From the human T2T-CHM13v2.0 reference genome, Homo sapiens: a stretch of 64,000 nucleotides of DNA. The notes beneath the pieces are model-generated. The model worked only from the letters and a program-made list of their open reading frames with translations. It was not told the DNA's origin and ran no database searches. The DNA lies in NCBI RefSeq assembly GCF_009914755.1, contig NC_060941.1; one strand, written 5' to 3'. Positions within the stretch are counted from its first letter, which is position 1. Every line of letters starts with the position of its first letter. Below are positions 26,100 to 42,152 of this stretch, in pieces. The position numbers and the translations under genes are program-made.

Positions 26100-26640
26100 T
26101 GTTCGTCCATTTAGTTGGTAACAATTTATTAAGCATTCCTACATGCCAAGGCCCAAATTGGGTGCCGGGGACACAGGGGTGAATGAGACAGGGCCAGGCT
26201 CTTAGGAAGTTTGGGAGCAGACAGGTGGTATGCAAACAGATACCCCCACGCTGGACACTCTGCTCCGATGCTACGAAGGAGGCCACCTTTGGGAGCTGAT
26301 GGAGAATTTCAGGGGAGGACCTCGTTTAGGAAGGGTGTTTAGAGGCGGACTCTTTGAAAAGGTGCAACTGCAACTGAAATTGAGATCTGAAGAATTAAAG
26401 GGGGAGGGGCGGTTGAGGGCAAAATAACTTTCTGTGCAGAGGAAAGAACAAGAACGAGGCCCAGCGATGGGCAGGATCTTTTGAAAAGGTGCAACTGCAA
26501 CTGAAATTGAGATCTGAAGAATTAAAGGGGGAGGGGCGGTTGAGGGCAAAATAACTTTCTGTGCAGAGGAAAGAACAAGAACGAGGCCCAGCGATGGGCA
26601 GGATCTTTGTGTGTTCAAGAAACTTGAAGTCCTGTGTATC
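26100..26640 (-). mobile_element. Degenerate L2 fragment
   Basis: CAATTTATTAAGCATTCCTACATGCCAAGGC...TGAGATCTGAAG...GCAGAGGAAAGAACAAG; weak match. Confidence 0.55.
26353..26608. repeat. Perfect 127-bp tandem duplication
   Basis: 26353-26479 is identical to 26480-26606. Confidence 0.97.
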
Positions 26641-26904
26641 TGGAGTCTAGTAAGTGATGGGGAGAGTGAACTTGAATTTTACTTCAAACACAATAAGCCC
26701 CAAAAGGATTCATCTCAGGAACGTGGCAAAGGTCAGTTTTCATCTGACCTGGGTTTTTACCAGGTCCCCCTCATACTTTTTCTTTGGCTTTCCATGCAAC
26801 ACACAGATGCAACATGGTCATCTAGGATTAGGGAATGATTTAGGAATACAGGGACATTTTCTGATTTTGAAACAGCCCAATTTCCAACCTCTGCATCAGA
26901 TCTA

Positions 26905-27204
<300 letters not shown>

Positions 27205-28169
27205 CTATTGACAGGTGGACCTCTTGACCCTTGACCTCCATCTGCAGGCTTGGTCTTGTCCCTAGGACCAATCTGGACTTATCACAAGGTACACTTAGGG
27301 GTTTTCCTCAACCCATAATGTGACACTCAACATCTGTTCTTTGTTGTTCTGCAAACAGTATCTCTATCTGCCTTTTTCCTGGGCTTGGACGAGTCCCTGT
27401 CCCCCAGGTCTGTTGCTGGCATGCTTCCAGCCAGATGCTGTGCTTTCCTAGGATTGGAGCCTCATCCCTGCTTCTGAGCCATCGTCCAGTGTCAGGAGTC
27501 TTGCTATGTGGCGACAGACCTTCCAGAAGCTGACTGGGGTCTGCCTGCACTTTCAAACAGTGCCTGATTCGGGATCCCACTGCTGTCCCGCTCCACCCGT
27601 CTCCTTACCCAGCATGGCTCTTGGCTCGTTCGTGATAGTAAAGACAGGTGCACCACACCCTGCCTGGGCCCTTCCCTCCAGACCCCCCTCTGCTTGGCAG
27701 GTGGAGCTCCCTCTCAACATCTAAAACTGTGTTCTTCTGTCCAGTGAGGGGCTGAGTCTCAGGGCCAGGCCTCTGCCCGTCTCTTCCCCAACCTGCTGCT
27801 GTGAATGCCCAGCTATGGCCCAACGACATGCTAGCCTCAGCGTGTGCTCCACAGGCAGGAATCAGGGCATATGTTCAAGTTTATAAGGGGCCTATGAAAA
27901 AAGAGACTGCCAGCAGATTCCCTATTAAATGGGCTTCCCTTGCAGTAAAAGATTTAAATTAGAGTATCTTCTAAACAGGGGCGTAATGGGACCACCACAG
28001 GTCATTTAATCCATCCCTCTGCCACTTGCCATTAAAGGAAGAGCATGCTTGTGTCACCTGCTAGTCATCACCTAGACATGCTAAAGAAATATACAGACTC
28101 CCAAGAGGCTTCCGAATAGCTATTTTCCAAATTAATCAGGAGGGGAATTCTTTTCTTCAAATAAAGTCC

Positions 28170-28701
<532 letters not shown>

Positions 28702-28949
28702 AGGAGCATAATATTGAAAACAGATGAGAGCAAAGCTTTGCTCCTCACACCCACCATAAACTGTAGAACTCTGTGGGAGGCTGTTTGAAAACCATTGCTG
28801 AAAATACAGAGATCCTAAGACGTGGGGCAAATAGACTCCTGTGAGGAGGAGGCATGGAGTAGGGAAGGTCCATCATGCTAATAGTGTTGAAGCTGACAAA
28901 ATCCTGGCAGCAGCCGCCTTTGACCAACAAGCATATGCCAAGACCCGGC

Positions 28950-29110
28950 TGGATGCTCTATAGGTTCTATTGTTGAACCTGCAAAATCTTTGCCAAGTAG
29001 GCATAATTATTCCAATTTTTCACATGCAGAAACTGAGGCTCTGTGGCATACAGTGACATCTCTAAGGCCACACACCTCCTGGAGAGCCATAATTTGAACC
29101 TCGGAGTGCC
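28950..29110 (-). mobile_element. MIR fragment
   Basis: ATTATTCCAATTTTTCACATGCAGAAACTGAGGCT...AAGGCCACACA...ATTTGAACC. Confidence 0.75.
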
Positions 29111-30562
29111 CCACTGACAGCCAACGACACCAGAGGGTCCCTTTGTATGTAAGGATTGCATGACTCCAGTTGAATGACCCAAGCCGGGGACAAACAGGAA
29201 AGAACCCAGCAGCTCTGGAGGCCACTTGAGCTGACTGTCAAATGCTCTGGGCTGATTAACGACTATGAACTTCAGGGAAGACAAGTGTGCTTTGATGCCA
29301 CAGAGCTATCCTGGGCCTGTACAGGCCCGTTTCTGCTCTGAATGAGGAAGCTGTACTTTGCAGGCACCCGGCAGAACAAGAATAGGGCCTGAGATACCTG
29401 AATGAAGGGCACAGAGGAAGTACAAAATACAGTCATTGTTGGAGCTAGAAGCTGGTGCCAGGCTACGAGGGGGCCCAGTGGCCAAGCATTATGGCAGGAG
29501 AGAGATGTGAATATTTTCCAGGCAAATAATGCAGCTTCTCTACCTGGAAACCCTGCAGCCGTGTCATGCTGGACAACCCCCTCAGTCCAGGCGAGGCCAA
29601 CTGGCGGCTGCCAGGCCATACTATGTGTGCCTTCAGCTGCCCTCCACTGGGGACAAATGCCTCCTCTGAGCGATCCTCTTCAGGAAGTGGAGGATGCAGT
29701 GGCTGCTCCCCATGTGTCCCCCATGGCTCCCCAAGTTTAACAGGACTTCAGGTGGCAATGGGAGATCCTTAGGGCATGAGCAGTTCACATATACTTTTCA
29801 CAGTAGTTTCCAGTCGTCAAATTACTTCACATAGGGTAAGGGATAGTTCCAGGCAAACTTAATGTAGCAGCAGGACCTCAGGGGAAAGGGTTCGCTTCAG
29901 TGGGCATCAACTGGTCTGTGCAAATCCCTGGAACCAAATTGCTGTCTCTGATGTAGAGGGGTCCAAGAAGAGGTGAGAAAGGTCAGGTTCCCCCTGGTGG
30001 GTAGACTCTGGGGACTCCAGAAATATGGCTGCAGCTACTCTAGCTCTGACTTTGTTCAACAGGTGCAAATACCAAGGTGATTTGTGACATCTGTCTATTC
30101 ACACCCCGCAGGCTCTGGGTACCTCTACTCCCCAAGACAACTGGTGTTCTGTTTCCCCCCACACTGCCCAGGGCCCCTCTTGGAGCAGGTACCTGAGGTG
30201 GGCCAGCCAGTCATCCCTGTCCTGTCTCCTGTGCCATGGACCCCTCCCGAGCCCCTTGCCAATCAAAAATCCGGTAAATATTTGGTGTCCTCTGCACAGT
30301 GACAGCCTTGTAGGTGGCTGGCCCGATGCTCGACTGTACTCAGTTTCATGCTAGAGCGTTAATAAGTGGTTCTAAATGCAGTCGAGAAGATAAAATCTCA
30401 CCTCCGCTCACTCTCCCAAGATAGGGAGGAGGATTTGCCTTTTCTAAGAAATTAACCAGCCCCTTGAAAGTAATTGTTTGAAAGCGTTCAGCTGGGTCTA
30501 TGTGCAGCTATAGAGGTCATGGAAGGCCCGATGGGGCAGTTTTGAAAAGTGGGGAGAAGAGA

Positions 30563-31110
30563 CACAGAATTACCATATAAGTCAGCAATTCCACTCCTGG
30601 GTATACACCATACAGAAATGGAAACAGAGACTTAAATACACACTTGCACACACCTGTTCATGTCAGCATTATTCACAATCGCCAAAAGGTAGAAACAACC
30701 CAATTGTCCATGAGCCTATGGAGGGTCAACACAACGTGGTGGGCATGTAGGAGAATATTATTCAGCCGAGAAAGTGAATGAAGTGCTGATCTATGCCACA
30801 ATGCAGATGAACCTCAAAAACATCCATGCTAAGTGAAAGCAGCCAGACACGAACGGTCACATATTGTACGATTCCACTGACATGACATGCCCCAAACAGG
30901 CAAATCCATAGCAACGGTAGATGGATTTGTGGTTGCCAAAGGCTGTGGGGGGAGGGAGAAGACAGGGTGGCTGCTTATGGGTATGGACTTTTCTTTTGGG
31001 GTGATGAAAACATTTTGGAAGATAGAGGTGGCAGTTGTACAACATTGACAGTACTAAATGCCAATAAATGGTTCACTTCCAAGTGGCTAATTTTACATTA
31101 TGAAAATTTC
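30563..31110 (+). mobile_element. L1MB-type 3' end
   Basis: AGAATTACCATATAAGTCAGCAATTCCACTCCTGGGTATAC...GCATTATTCACAATCGCCAAAAGGTAGAAACAACCC...TTTTGGGGTGATGAAAA. Confidence 0.88.
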
Positions 31111-31639
31111 CAAAGTGGGGGATGTTCAAAGAAAGCCTCCTCTCCACCGAGCGCTGTGTGAGGGGATCATACACTCCACTGGGAGGGGGCCTTGCAAGCT
31201 GCAGGGAAGCCAGGAAATACTCTCCTTCCTCCTTCTGGGGAGCGTGTGTGATCCAGGAGTGACGCGCTGGGGCAAGCGAGGCCCATCTGTACCCAGGCTG
31301 GTGGCGGGGCTCAAGAGCCCAGGTGAGACTGTCCCATGGGATGGGGGTACCAAAGCTGCCACAGCAGGACTTCCTGAAACTTTGAAGGCATGTGCCTGTG
31401 TTGGTGTTGGGATCTGACAGCTGGGAAGAGGGGATGAAACCAAACCTCCTCCCAGGGGGACGTCCTGGTGAGGTTTCCTAAAAACAAGTTAGGAGTCAGA
31501 GGATACACGTCGGAGAATTCCCCAAGGGGCTCCTGGCTCTCAGAAGAAGGGAGAATATTGAAGTGCTGGGGGTACTCACACGGGGTTTGGAGGATTAGCT
31601 TCTCGGGTACTTTTCCCTTGGGATATGAAAAGGGAAACT

Positions 31640-31765
31640 GAAACAGATAAACACGTACTTGTACACACATGTGCATGGCAGCATTATTCACATCACCAAA
31701 AGGTGGAAACCACCCAAATGTCCATCAGCTTATGAATGGATCGACACAATGAGATGGACATGTAA
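31640..31765 (+). mobile_element. L1 fragment
   Basis: GCAGCATTATTCACATCACCAAAAGGTGGAAACCACCCAAATGTCCATCA. Confidence 0.8.
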
Positions 31766-33173
31766 GAGAGTATTTTGTGAACAGTTCTATAACCTCCTTC
31801 CTTCTTGTGTTATAATGCCCTTTTGGTTCCCCCAAATCCTTCAGTGACATCGGAGACACCAGATGCACCCTGTGGTGGTGGGATGGAAGGAAAGAGAGGT
31901 GGTGGAGTCTCAGGGAAGGGAGGCCCACTCTATAGACTCCACTCCACCCTCTCTCATAAGACCATCAAGCACTTGTGAAGGTCACAGCAGGGCTCCTGGT
32001 GTGCCCGAGACCAACAAGACCAGGTCCAGTGCAGGGCTGGGAGGGGAGAGGAGAACACAGCTCCAAGGAATGGCAGTCACCTGGAAACGTCTAGAGTAGA
32101 TAAACCAGACCAGATTTCCCAAATCTGTACAAGGGAGGAAGTGGCCACACTGGGGAGGGGAAAGTCTCAGAAGGGCCACACCATTTTATAGGAGGACTCT
32201 CAAAGGCTTAGCTCAAAGGAATGATTCCATACATGGAGTCTGCACAGGTGAGGGCAGACTAGGGGTGGGGGACCTCCTGGGAGCTTTCTCCAAACACAGA
32301 TGCTGACTCTGGAGGTGAGGCCTACTGAACAACCCCGAGGGTGATTCAGAAGTGCAATCCTCACAGATGACCATGTGCAGGGAGAAGGGACTTGGAGTAA
32401 TCTTGAGCTCAATCCTGGCTCAGGCATTTCCTAGAGGTGACTTTGGGCAAGTTATTCTTTCCCCCAAATTCTCTGCACCTGTTTCTTTCCGTGTCAAGTG
32501 TAGACCCGGCCTTACCCTTGGTCCAGCCCCTCTGAGATCTATTTCATGTATATAAAAAAAAAATGGTTAGCCAGTGTAATCACCTGATAACTAATGGTCC
32601 TTCCAGCAGACAGATTCATCTACTCACTTGACAGTTACTTACTGAACACCTACTTTGTGCCAGAAATGTAAGAGTTGACGGTTTCGTCCTCATTCGCTGT
32701 TTCCACTAACAGTTCAGTGGCTGGATCAAAAGGTATTTTCAATGAAAAACAGTACATTAAATAATTTCAGCTGTTTGAGATGAATTCCACTAACATGGAA
32801 ATTGTGAACCTGTGGCATTTTGGAGAATTATTCATAAGTGGAAACTAAATAAAAATACAGCTTGTGCATGCTCTTGACTCACACTGGAGTCATTCCCATG
32901 CGTAGATGACTTTCATTTGGGAATGTTTTCTCTAAAACATTCCCAGAACCTTGCAAACATAAAGATTTCTGGATCAGATCTTTCTCTGCCAGCTACGACA
33001 CTGTCCAAGTTTGGTCAACAGTGCCAAATAGGAGGTTTAGCACTATATAGGATATGTGACCTCTGTCCTTGAGGAATCAGGAGACAGGAAACGGGACTCG
33101 CCTGCTGAACCTGGGAGCCTGTGCCTAAACAGGGGGATTATAATCCCTCCCCCACCTACCTCAAAGTAGTGGA

Positions 33174-33470
33174 TTTTTTTTTTTTTTGAGGCGGAGTCTC
33201 GCTCTGTCACTCAGGCTGGAGTGCAGTGGCGCGATCTCGGCTCACTGCAAGCTCTGCCTCCTGGGTTCATGCCATTCTTCTGCCTCAGCCTTCCTGAGTA
33301 GCTGGGACTACAGGTGCCTGCCACCACACCTGGCTAATTTTTTGTATTTTTAGTAGAGACAGGGTTTCACCACATTAGCCAGGATGGTCTCGATCTCCTG
33401 ACCTTGCGAACCACCCGCCTCGGCCTCCCAAAGGGCTCGGATTACAGGCGTGGGCTACCGCGCCCGACCA
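33174..33470 (-). mobile_element. AluY
   Basis: Diagnostics CACTGCAAGCTC, GCCATTCT and TTAGCCAGGATGGTCTCGATCTCC. Confidence 0.95.
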
Positions 33471-33519
33471 AAATAGCGCATTTTTATTAAACTGCTCAAA
33501 TCCTACAATGATGAGGTGA

Positions 33520-33873
33520 TGCATTAGTCTGTTTTCACGCTGCTAATAAAGACATACCTGAGACTGGAAAGAAAATGAGGTTTAATTGGACTTACACTTC
33601 CACATGGCTGGGGAGGCCTCAGAATCATGGCGGAAGGCAAAAGGCACTTCTTACACGGCGGCAGCAAGAGAAAATGAGGAAGAGGCAAAAGTGGAAATCC
33701 CTGATAAACCCATCAGATCTCATGAGACTAATTCACTATCACGAGAATAGCACAGGAAAGACCAGCTGCTATCATTCAATTACCTCCCCCTGGTTCCCTC
33801 CCACAATTTGTGGGAATTCTGGGAGATACAATTCAGGCTGAGATTTGAATGGGGACACAGCCAAACCCTATCA
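33520..33873 (-). mobile_element. THE1 solo LTR
   Basis: ATTAGTCTGTTTTCACGCTGCTAATAAAGACATACC...GGGGACACAGCCAAACCCTATCA. Confidence 0.93.
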
Positions 33874-34711
33874 GATGGGGTGGGGATGAGAACAGAGAGG
33901 TAAAGAAAGTTGTTCATGTGTTCACATCAATGTCCATGAGATACTTGTACACACAGGACAACTTGGGACTGGAAAAAAGAAGGAGGGGCAGAGAGCATGG
34001 AGCTGAAACCTCATGGCTGGATCTCAGCAGCACCTCATCAAAGCACTCACTCTCATCTGGACGGGGCTCAGACCTAACCAGGGTCTGCTTTCTTAGACAA
34101 GACCTGTTTGCCAAGAAGTGCTAATATTATACACAATTTGGATACACCCAGCACTAAAAGGATATTAAATACTATCAGCATTCTAGGGGTTTTATCGGAT
34201 GCCAAATATCTTCTTATAAACCAAACATCTGGATCAATTTGAAATTAGAGTCCCAAGACAAAAATAGAAGGCAAAAGGGAAAATAATGAATCTCAAATTC
34301 AAAGGCAGCCTCCAATCTAGGTCAAAAGGCTGAGCCCTCATGAAGACATGCCCTTTGGCCCCCCTCCCCTGGGCCCACCCACCCTCCCACTGTCCTCTTG
34401 TCCCAGGAAGCTGTGTGAGAACATGCTCCTCAGGTGCCCCCACTTCTACAAAGCTGCAGGGAAACACTGACCAGCCAGCAAGCTCACGGTCTGGGAAACT
34501 TCCTTTCCTCTCTCCTCCCCATCTTTAATCAAAACAGATGTTCAGACTGGCAGTGCTGCCCTCTCTTTAGAATGCTTTAAACAGGCAGCTGCCTTGATGC
34601 CGGGTAGGGCTGGGCCAGGAGAGCTCAAAAGCCTTTAAACATTATTAAAATGTTTTACTTAAAAATTAGATCAATAAACTGTCCATTCCTTGGGCGGTCG
34701 CACAATAGTAA

Positions 34712-35121
<410 letters not shown>

Positions 35122-36703
35122 CCCAGCTCTTTATAGAAAAAGCACCCACCTCCCTGCCCTGACTCTCCCGAGGGGACAGAGTCCTCTCCTTGCTCAGTCT
35201 GGGGCTGGACTGAGGGAGTCCCAGAGGAAGAAGAGGAGGAAGATAGAGGAGGTTGTGCTGGGCTTCCCAGCTTGCAGCATGGCTGGCAGACACAGTCTTG
35301 GGGAAGTGGAGCCAGCGGTGGGTGAGGCAGGGTGGCCCGAGCCCTCTCTCATGCTGGCTCTGCTGAGCATGGGGACTCCTGAGAAGGGGGTCTCACAAAA
35401 TCCACTGTGAGGTTGCCACCGGGCTGTGGAACATGTAAATGAAAACCAAAGATGGTGCTTCATTCTGAGCTCATGTGATTTTCTTCTTTATTAAACTTCA
35501 GGAAGGAGAGCTAGAATTGGCTCCTTAGGATACCTCCCCGAGCCCTGGTACCCATCGTGGCTTCCTTCTCTGGCTCCTGTTTCAGAGACTTTGGAAGAAC
35601 TGTCTCCTTGGTCTCAGACATCACGATACCCGGATCTCAGCTGCTCGCCACTGTGCAGCTGTCTGCAGGGCGGCTCTGTGGGGCTCCCCTCCATTGCCCC
35701 AACCACTGCGGGACTTGTTTTGTAGCAGGGCTGGTTTGGAAATTCCTTTTGGGTCACCTCCAGTGGTTCCACGGCAAGCTAAGGAATGGTGGCCGGAAGA
35801 TGACGGACAAAACTTGAATACGAAGGTGGAGGAACCTTGTGGGCAGGGTGGGGTGGTCCCCTCAGGGTCCGTCTACCACAATCCAAAATAGCATTTTCCC
35901 TTTGACAAACCCTGGGCCACCAGAGAGAAGACCTGGGGCTGGGGTCTGCTGACTGTCATCCCAGGCTACTTTGCCTTGCAGATGCTCCTGTCCTGGCTCT
36001 GTGAACTGGAGATGCTGGTGGCCTCCATGGACATCCATTACGATATTTCCTCCCCGGGAGAGTCTCTGTCTCTCACTCCATCTTTCTGGACCGAGGCCAG
36101 GCAGGTGCTGTGGGCATGGCTGCCCTTAGTTGAGCATAGACCTTCCCTGACCCTTCTTTTGTGATCTCCTCCCTTTAAGAAGCAGCTGCCCCTTTCTTTC
36201 TGCTGGTATGCAGTTCCTTGGTTCTCTTTGTAAATCAAGGGAATGGGGTACACAAAGGTCAGAAATGCCAAGAAGGGTAGAAACGGGAAGTCTGTTTTGA
36301 GTTACTCTGACCTCATCTCCCAGAGGCCTCTGTCCCTCCCTTGATTGGGTCTCTGCCTCAGTGTCTCCTCCTCAAACAGAACCCTCTCTACCCCCACTCC
36401 TCCCTATCATGTTCTCAGGAGTTTTGAGCCATTCCTGGCTTGAGTTTTTCTTCCCGGCACGTAGTATCCACAGCCTGACATGTCCACATGCATCTGCTCA
36501 TCCAGGGAATAAGCTCCATGAGGGAAGGAGCTGCCTGGGCTGCAGCCAGCTGGATTCTGTGCCTAAAACAGGGCGCTGCACCCCCTGGGTGCTTCCTGGC
36601 AAGCTGTTATTGCTGAATATTTCTCCCATCCAAGTACTAACTGGGCATTATGGCCATAGACTGAAAACTTCTTTCCTTTGGGAGAAATCTCACACAGAAG
36701 AGG

Positions 36704-37169
36704 GTGCAGAGGGTTGCATGGTAGTCCCCAAAAGATAGCCATGTCCTAGAACCTAGGAATATGATTTATTTACAAAAAAAAGGGTCTTTGTGGATGTAAT
36801 TAACTTCAGGAGGTAGAGATAAGATCATTCTAGATTATCTAGGTGGGCCCTGAATTCAATGACGAGTGTCCTTAGAAAAGACAACCAGAGGAGAGACCCA
36901 CAGAGGAGAGGAGGAGGAAGGCTGCGTGAAGTGAAGGCAGAGACAGAGACCGGAATGATGCGGCCACCAGCCAAAGGATGCCTGCAGCCACCAGGAGCTG
37001 GAAAGCAGCAAGGAAGGGTCCTCCTTCCAGAGCCTGCAGAGAGCACAGCTATCTGCTGGCACCTTGATTTCCAACTTCTGTCCTTGGGAAGTGTGAGAGA
37101 ATCAACTTCTGCTGTTCTAAGCCACCCAGTTTGTGGTAATTTGTTAGGCAGCCACAGGAGACTAATGCA
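36704..37169 (+). mobile_element. MLT1C-like MaLR solo LTR
   Basis: AGGGTCTTTGTGGATGTAATT...CCACCAGGAGCTGGAA...CTAAGCCACCCAGTTTGTGGTAATTTGTTAGGCAGCCACAGGAGACTAATGCA. Confidence 0.88.
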
Positions 37170-38242
37170 GGGGCAGGCACCACCACACCTGGATGCTGGG
37201 CGTGGTGAAACAGACCCCGCTATGGGGCAAAGAGTCTGCAAGGAGAGACAGACAATAATTAAGCGAGGAAAAAAGTGTATATAATTACAGCTTGTGAAGA
37301 TCTCGGAAGGAAACAGGTGGGATTGGGAGTCATGGGGCAGGGGGAGGGGAAGGCAGGAGTTGGCATTTCAGTTGCGGTCCAAGGTGGAGATCGGAAAGCA
37401 TGGCAAAGCCTGAGTCCCCACCTGGCTCCTTACCCCGGCCTCTGAGTCTACTTGCTCCTTCCCCTGTCCTCCACCCCACAGGAGGGATGATCCTTCTAAG
37501 CACAAATAATAGCAGTCGCCATTTACAAGGTACCTACCAGGACAGCTGCAAGAGGGGACGTGGCTAATACTAATCCCCATTCTAAGATCAAAGAAGCCAG
37601 GCTCAGGGAGGGTAAGTGACTCTTCCATGTTTAAACCGAGATCTGATCCCGGAGTCTGTTCCTGTTCCGCTGGGCTTAATGGACTCTCCTCACCATTCCC
37701 ATCTCGCTCAAAAGTGCCCAGGTGTTGTCTGCTGTCTGACATATGAGACCCACGCTCCTTAGAGAAGCATTCAGGGCCCCCTATCTCTCTGATTTCCATA
37801 TAAATTTTCTTCCAATCTACTGCCACACCCCACCAGGGACCTTCCAATGTATCCACACAGACCTACTCACCTGTTTTTAGCACCTTTATGAACCTGCTTT
37901 TAATAATTATGTTATAAAGTGTATTATAAATCATATTATAAAAAAATACAATTGTGACATTGTTACTGCCTACCATTTTTGAGCCCTGCTATGTGTCCTG
38001 CTCTGTGCTAGAGGCTTGGCCTGTATGATCAGCTTGCGGTTACAAGCGCCTCATGAGATACGCTTCAGCAGCTGCGTTTTATAGACAGAACTTAGGACCC
38101 TGGCCCGAGACTGCTGATTATGTGTCTGGGCCCAATGTGTTCTACTACATTCTGCCCACAATGTTCTTGTTTCTTTCTGCTAATAGCCATAACACCAGAC
38201 GTTTCATTTTCACGGCTTTGCAAAATACTTTTACATATTTCT

Positions 38243-38572
<330 letters not shown>

Positions 38573-39504
38573 TGATTATCCCCAGATGAAGGTGTCTATC
38601 TTCAATTTGCTCCCAGTAAGATCAGGGACAGAGGGTGGAGGCTCTGGGGAGAGGCTCTGTCTCACCCAATCTCCCACAATCTCCATCAGTGCCCATCACC
38701 ACCACACCATCTCAACGAAGCCCAAAATCCAAGTGTTCCAAACAATGAGCTCGCTATGCCACAGTGCAAATCCCTGGGTTGCTCTGAAAATCAGATCACC
38801 AGTGGCAGCTAAGTCCTCCCTCTGAGAAACACTGAGTCATATCCCCTGGCAGGGACCATGACCTCTGCTCCATTCTGTCCCCCTCAGAGCAGAACCCCCC
38901 ACCCCCGCCCCGACCCTCATGATCCTAGGGGCTCCATAAATGCTCCTATGTCTGATTTGACTGATACACTCGCCACGTGGATGGGCTCAGGAAGGATGAG
39001 ATACCACACAATACTCCTGCCAATGCCCCCTGGCTGTAACCCCAGGGCTGGGCAATTTATGAAGTAGACAGGAGCCACACAAGCTCCGTTATCACAGTAA
39101 AAGCCTTGTCCAGGAACAATGTTGCCTTTCAAATTGTTTTCCGCCTTGGACAGTGGATTTATAAACTGAACTGGTGGCTAGGAACAGAAGCCCATCTGCA
39201 AAGACTAAACGCCTTGTTCTACGCGGGCCTGGTTTAGTATTATCCTGATAAGATAAACACAGATCATAGCTGGCTGGAGGTGGGGTACTTTTCTATATGT
39301 GTCTCCACGTCTACTTTTACTTATGCACAGGCTGAAATTGGGGGACTGCTTTGCAAGTTAAAGGGAGAAGAAAAAGCCATTTTCTGGATCTCTTTCCAGA
39401 AAGGAAGTTGAATGTAATTATAAGATGTTAGGTTTGTCTCTAAATAGCTCAGAACTAAACTGATGTGGTTACTCTCCAAAACCGTTTATTGCATTTTCAG
39501 TGTG

Positions 39505-39640
39505 GTAAAGTTGGTTTGCTATTGTTGATAATTGTTGAAGCTGGATAACACACATACGGGGTTTATTATGGTATTCTCCTATTTTTATGTATATTTACAA
39601 GTCTCCATAATAAAAACCAAAAAAAAAAAAAAAAAAAAGG
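39505..39640 (+). mobile_element. L1M extreme 3' end with A tail
   Basis: TTGATAATTGTTGAAGCTGG...GGGGTTTATTAT...TCCATAATAAAA followed by poly-A. Confidence 0.7.
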
Positions 39641-39795
39641 CAGTTGGGTCTGAATAAATGCTGTAGCTGTGTGATGAGCATATGGGGTTTTATGATTCTA
39701 GTATTCTCCTTTTTGGGTGTTTGCTTAAAATGTTACATGGTTTAAAAAAGAAAAGACAAAAAGAAAAGTACTTTGGTTGAACAACAGTGACTTAA

Positions 39796-40287
<492 letters not shown>

Positions 40288-40328
40288 GGAGGTTGGTTCT
40301 TTGGGAGGGGACCGAAATCACTCTAGAC

Positions 40329-40555
40329 CATGGGTGTCCAATCTTTTGGCTTCCCTGGGCCACACTGGAAGAAAAAGAATTGTCTTGGGCCACACATAAA
40401 ATACACTAACACTAAGGCAGCTGATGAGCTAAAATAAAAAAATTTTGCAAAGAAATCTCATAATGTCTTAACAGAGTTTATGAATTTGTGTTAGGCTGCA
40501 TTCAAAGCCATCCTGGGCTGCATGTGACCTGTGGGCCATGGGTTGGGCAAGCTTG
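40329..40555 (+). mobile_element. MER30 (hAT-Charlie)
   Basis: GGGTGTCCAATCTTTTGGCTTCCCTGGGCCACA...GGGTTGGGCAAGCTTG; 8-bp TSD CT(C/G)TAGAC. Confidence 0.92.
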
Positions 40556-41790
40556 CTGTAGACTTTGCTGGGAGGTAGGGGCAAAGAGGAGCGGCCCTGG
40601 CTTGGCCTGGGAATCTATCCAGTCTGTTACTCTTAAGCACCCTACAGCAGCTCAGATGGAGGGAGAGGAGCTTCAGGAAGCCCCTGCAATGTGTGCTGGT
40701 CTATCCATTCATTCATTAATAACAGCTGCCTCCTTGTCCCTCCTCTAAGGCTGAAACATATTTCTAGAAAGAGTTTAATCCACTCCTTGCCTTGGGGCCA
40801 TGCTGTAAACACTTGGGATAGATGCCTGCCTATCCCACATTTAAAGATCTCTGGGGACAGAGCAACCCTGAGACAGAGCTGGCAAGGGCGGCCAGGGCTG
40901 TGGATTTGTCAGCCAGGGACCAGGGGACAAAGCCTTCTGTGTTGCTCTGTGCTGTTAACTCCACCGCATGTGATTCATCTTACTTGGCAGGGGATGGGTA
41001 GCTGAAATCCTGAAATCACTAGCTTTCGGGTTTGCTACCTACATCCGCCCCTCTGGAGGCCCTTTTCAGCATCTGGGGTTTGGTAGAGACCCACACCAAA
41101 AAAATCAGTCCACGAAAAACCTCAACACAGGAGCTGGCCTCCTCCAGAGTGGTACTTCTGGTACCTGACTTATGGCAAGATAGATCAGGGGTTTCTGCAA
41201 GAACAGAAGCTCTTGGGAGACGAAGGTTGAATGTGTAATCTTGGTTGCCAGTCAGCCTGCCATCGTGCGCCTGGGGCGAAGGGACATGATGCTGCTGGCT
41301 TCTTTGGCGGGAGATGGGCAAAGTTTGGGTCAGCATCTTTGTTAAAATCCGTATTTCACATCCTGTGCTTGTTCTACTGCATTCTACCAGGACAAAGAAC
41401 TTGACTGCAATTTTATTTTTTAATAGTTTTCCATTAACAGTTGGGGTGGAGCGGTCATTTTAAATCTCAGAATCATAAAGTCATTTCTATCTAATATTTG
41501 GGCAGTAAGTACAGCTGCTTCTGAATCACATACAGTTTGAAGGAAACCTAAAATGCCAGGAGGACATTTAACTATTTTTATATACAACAGCCAACATCTG
41601 GATGTATTCAGTGGTTTCTGAACATCTCCAAGATACACCGCCATGAAAGGCGGGGCTGGGGACTGCCAGGGAAGGGACACAGGAGTCAGAATGCACAGCC
41701 CTGCCCCCAGGGTCCCCAGGCCTTAATGAAGGAGACAGAACAAGCAATCCAAGGCAAGGGCAAGAAAGGGGTAAGACAGAGGTGGGGCTG

Positions 41791-42152
41791 TGTATTAGTC
41801 CGTTTTCACGCTGTTCATAAAGACATACCCAAGACTGGGCAATGTACAAAAGAAAGAGATTTAATGGACTCACAATTCCACGTGGATGGGGAGGCCTCAC
41901 AGTCATGGCAGAAGGTGAAAGGCACATCTCACATGGCGGCAGACAAGAGAAGAGTGACAGCCAAGCGAAACGGGTTTCCCCTTATAAAACCATCAGATCT
42001 CCTGAGACTTATCCACTACCATGAGAACAGCATATGGGAAACCACCCCCATGATTCAATTATCTCCCACTGGGCCCCTCCCACAACATAAGGGAATTAGG
42101 GGAGCTACAATTCAAGATGAGATTTGGGTGGGAACATAGCCAAGCCATATCA
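41791..42152 (-). mobile_element. THE1 (THE1B-like) solo LTR
   Basis: TGTATTAGTCCGTTTTCACGCTG...CCATATCA; 5-bp TSD GGCTG at 41786-41790 and 42153-42157. Confidence 0.95.

Noticed and set aside
29985-30003. CTCF-like CCACCAGGGGGAAC on the minus strand
   Set aside because: Lacks the GGC(G/A)C 3' core; too weak without a matrix score
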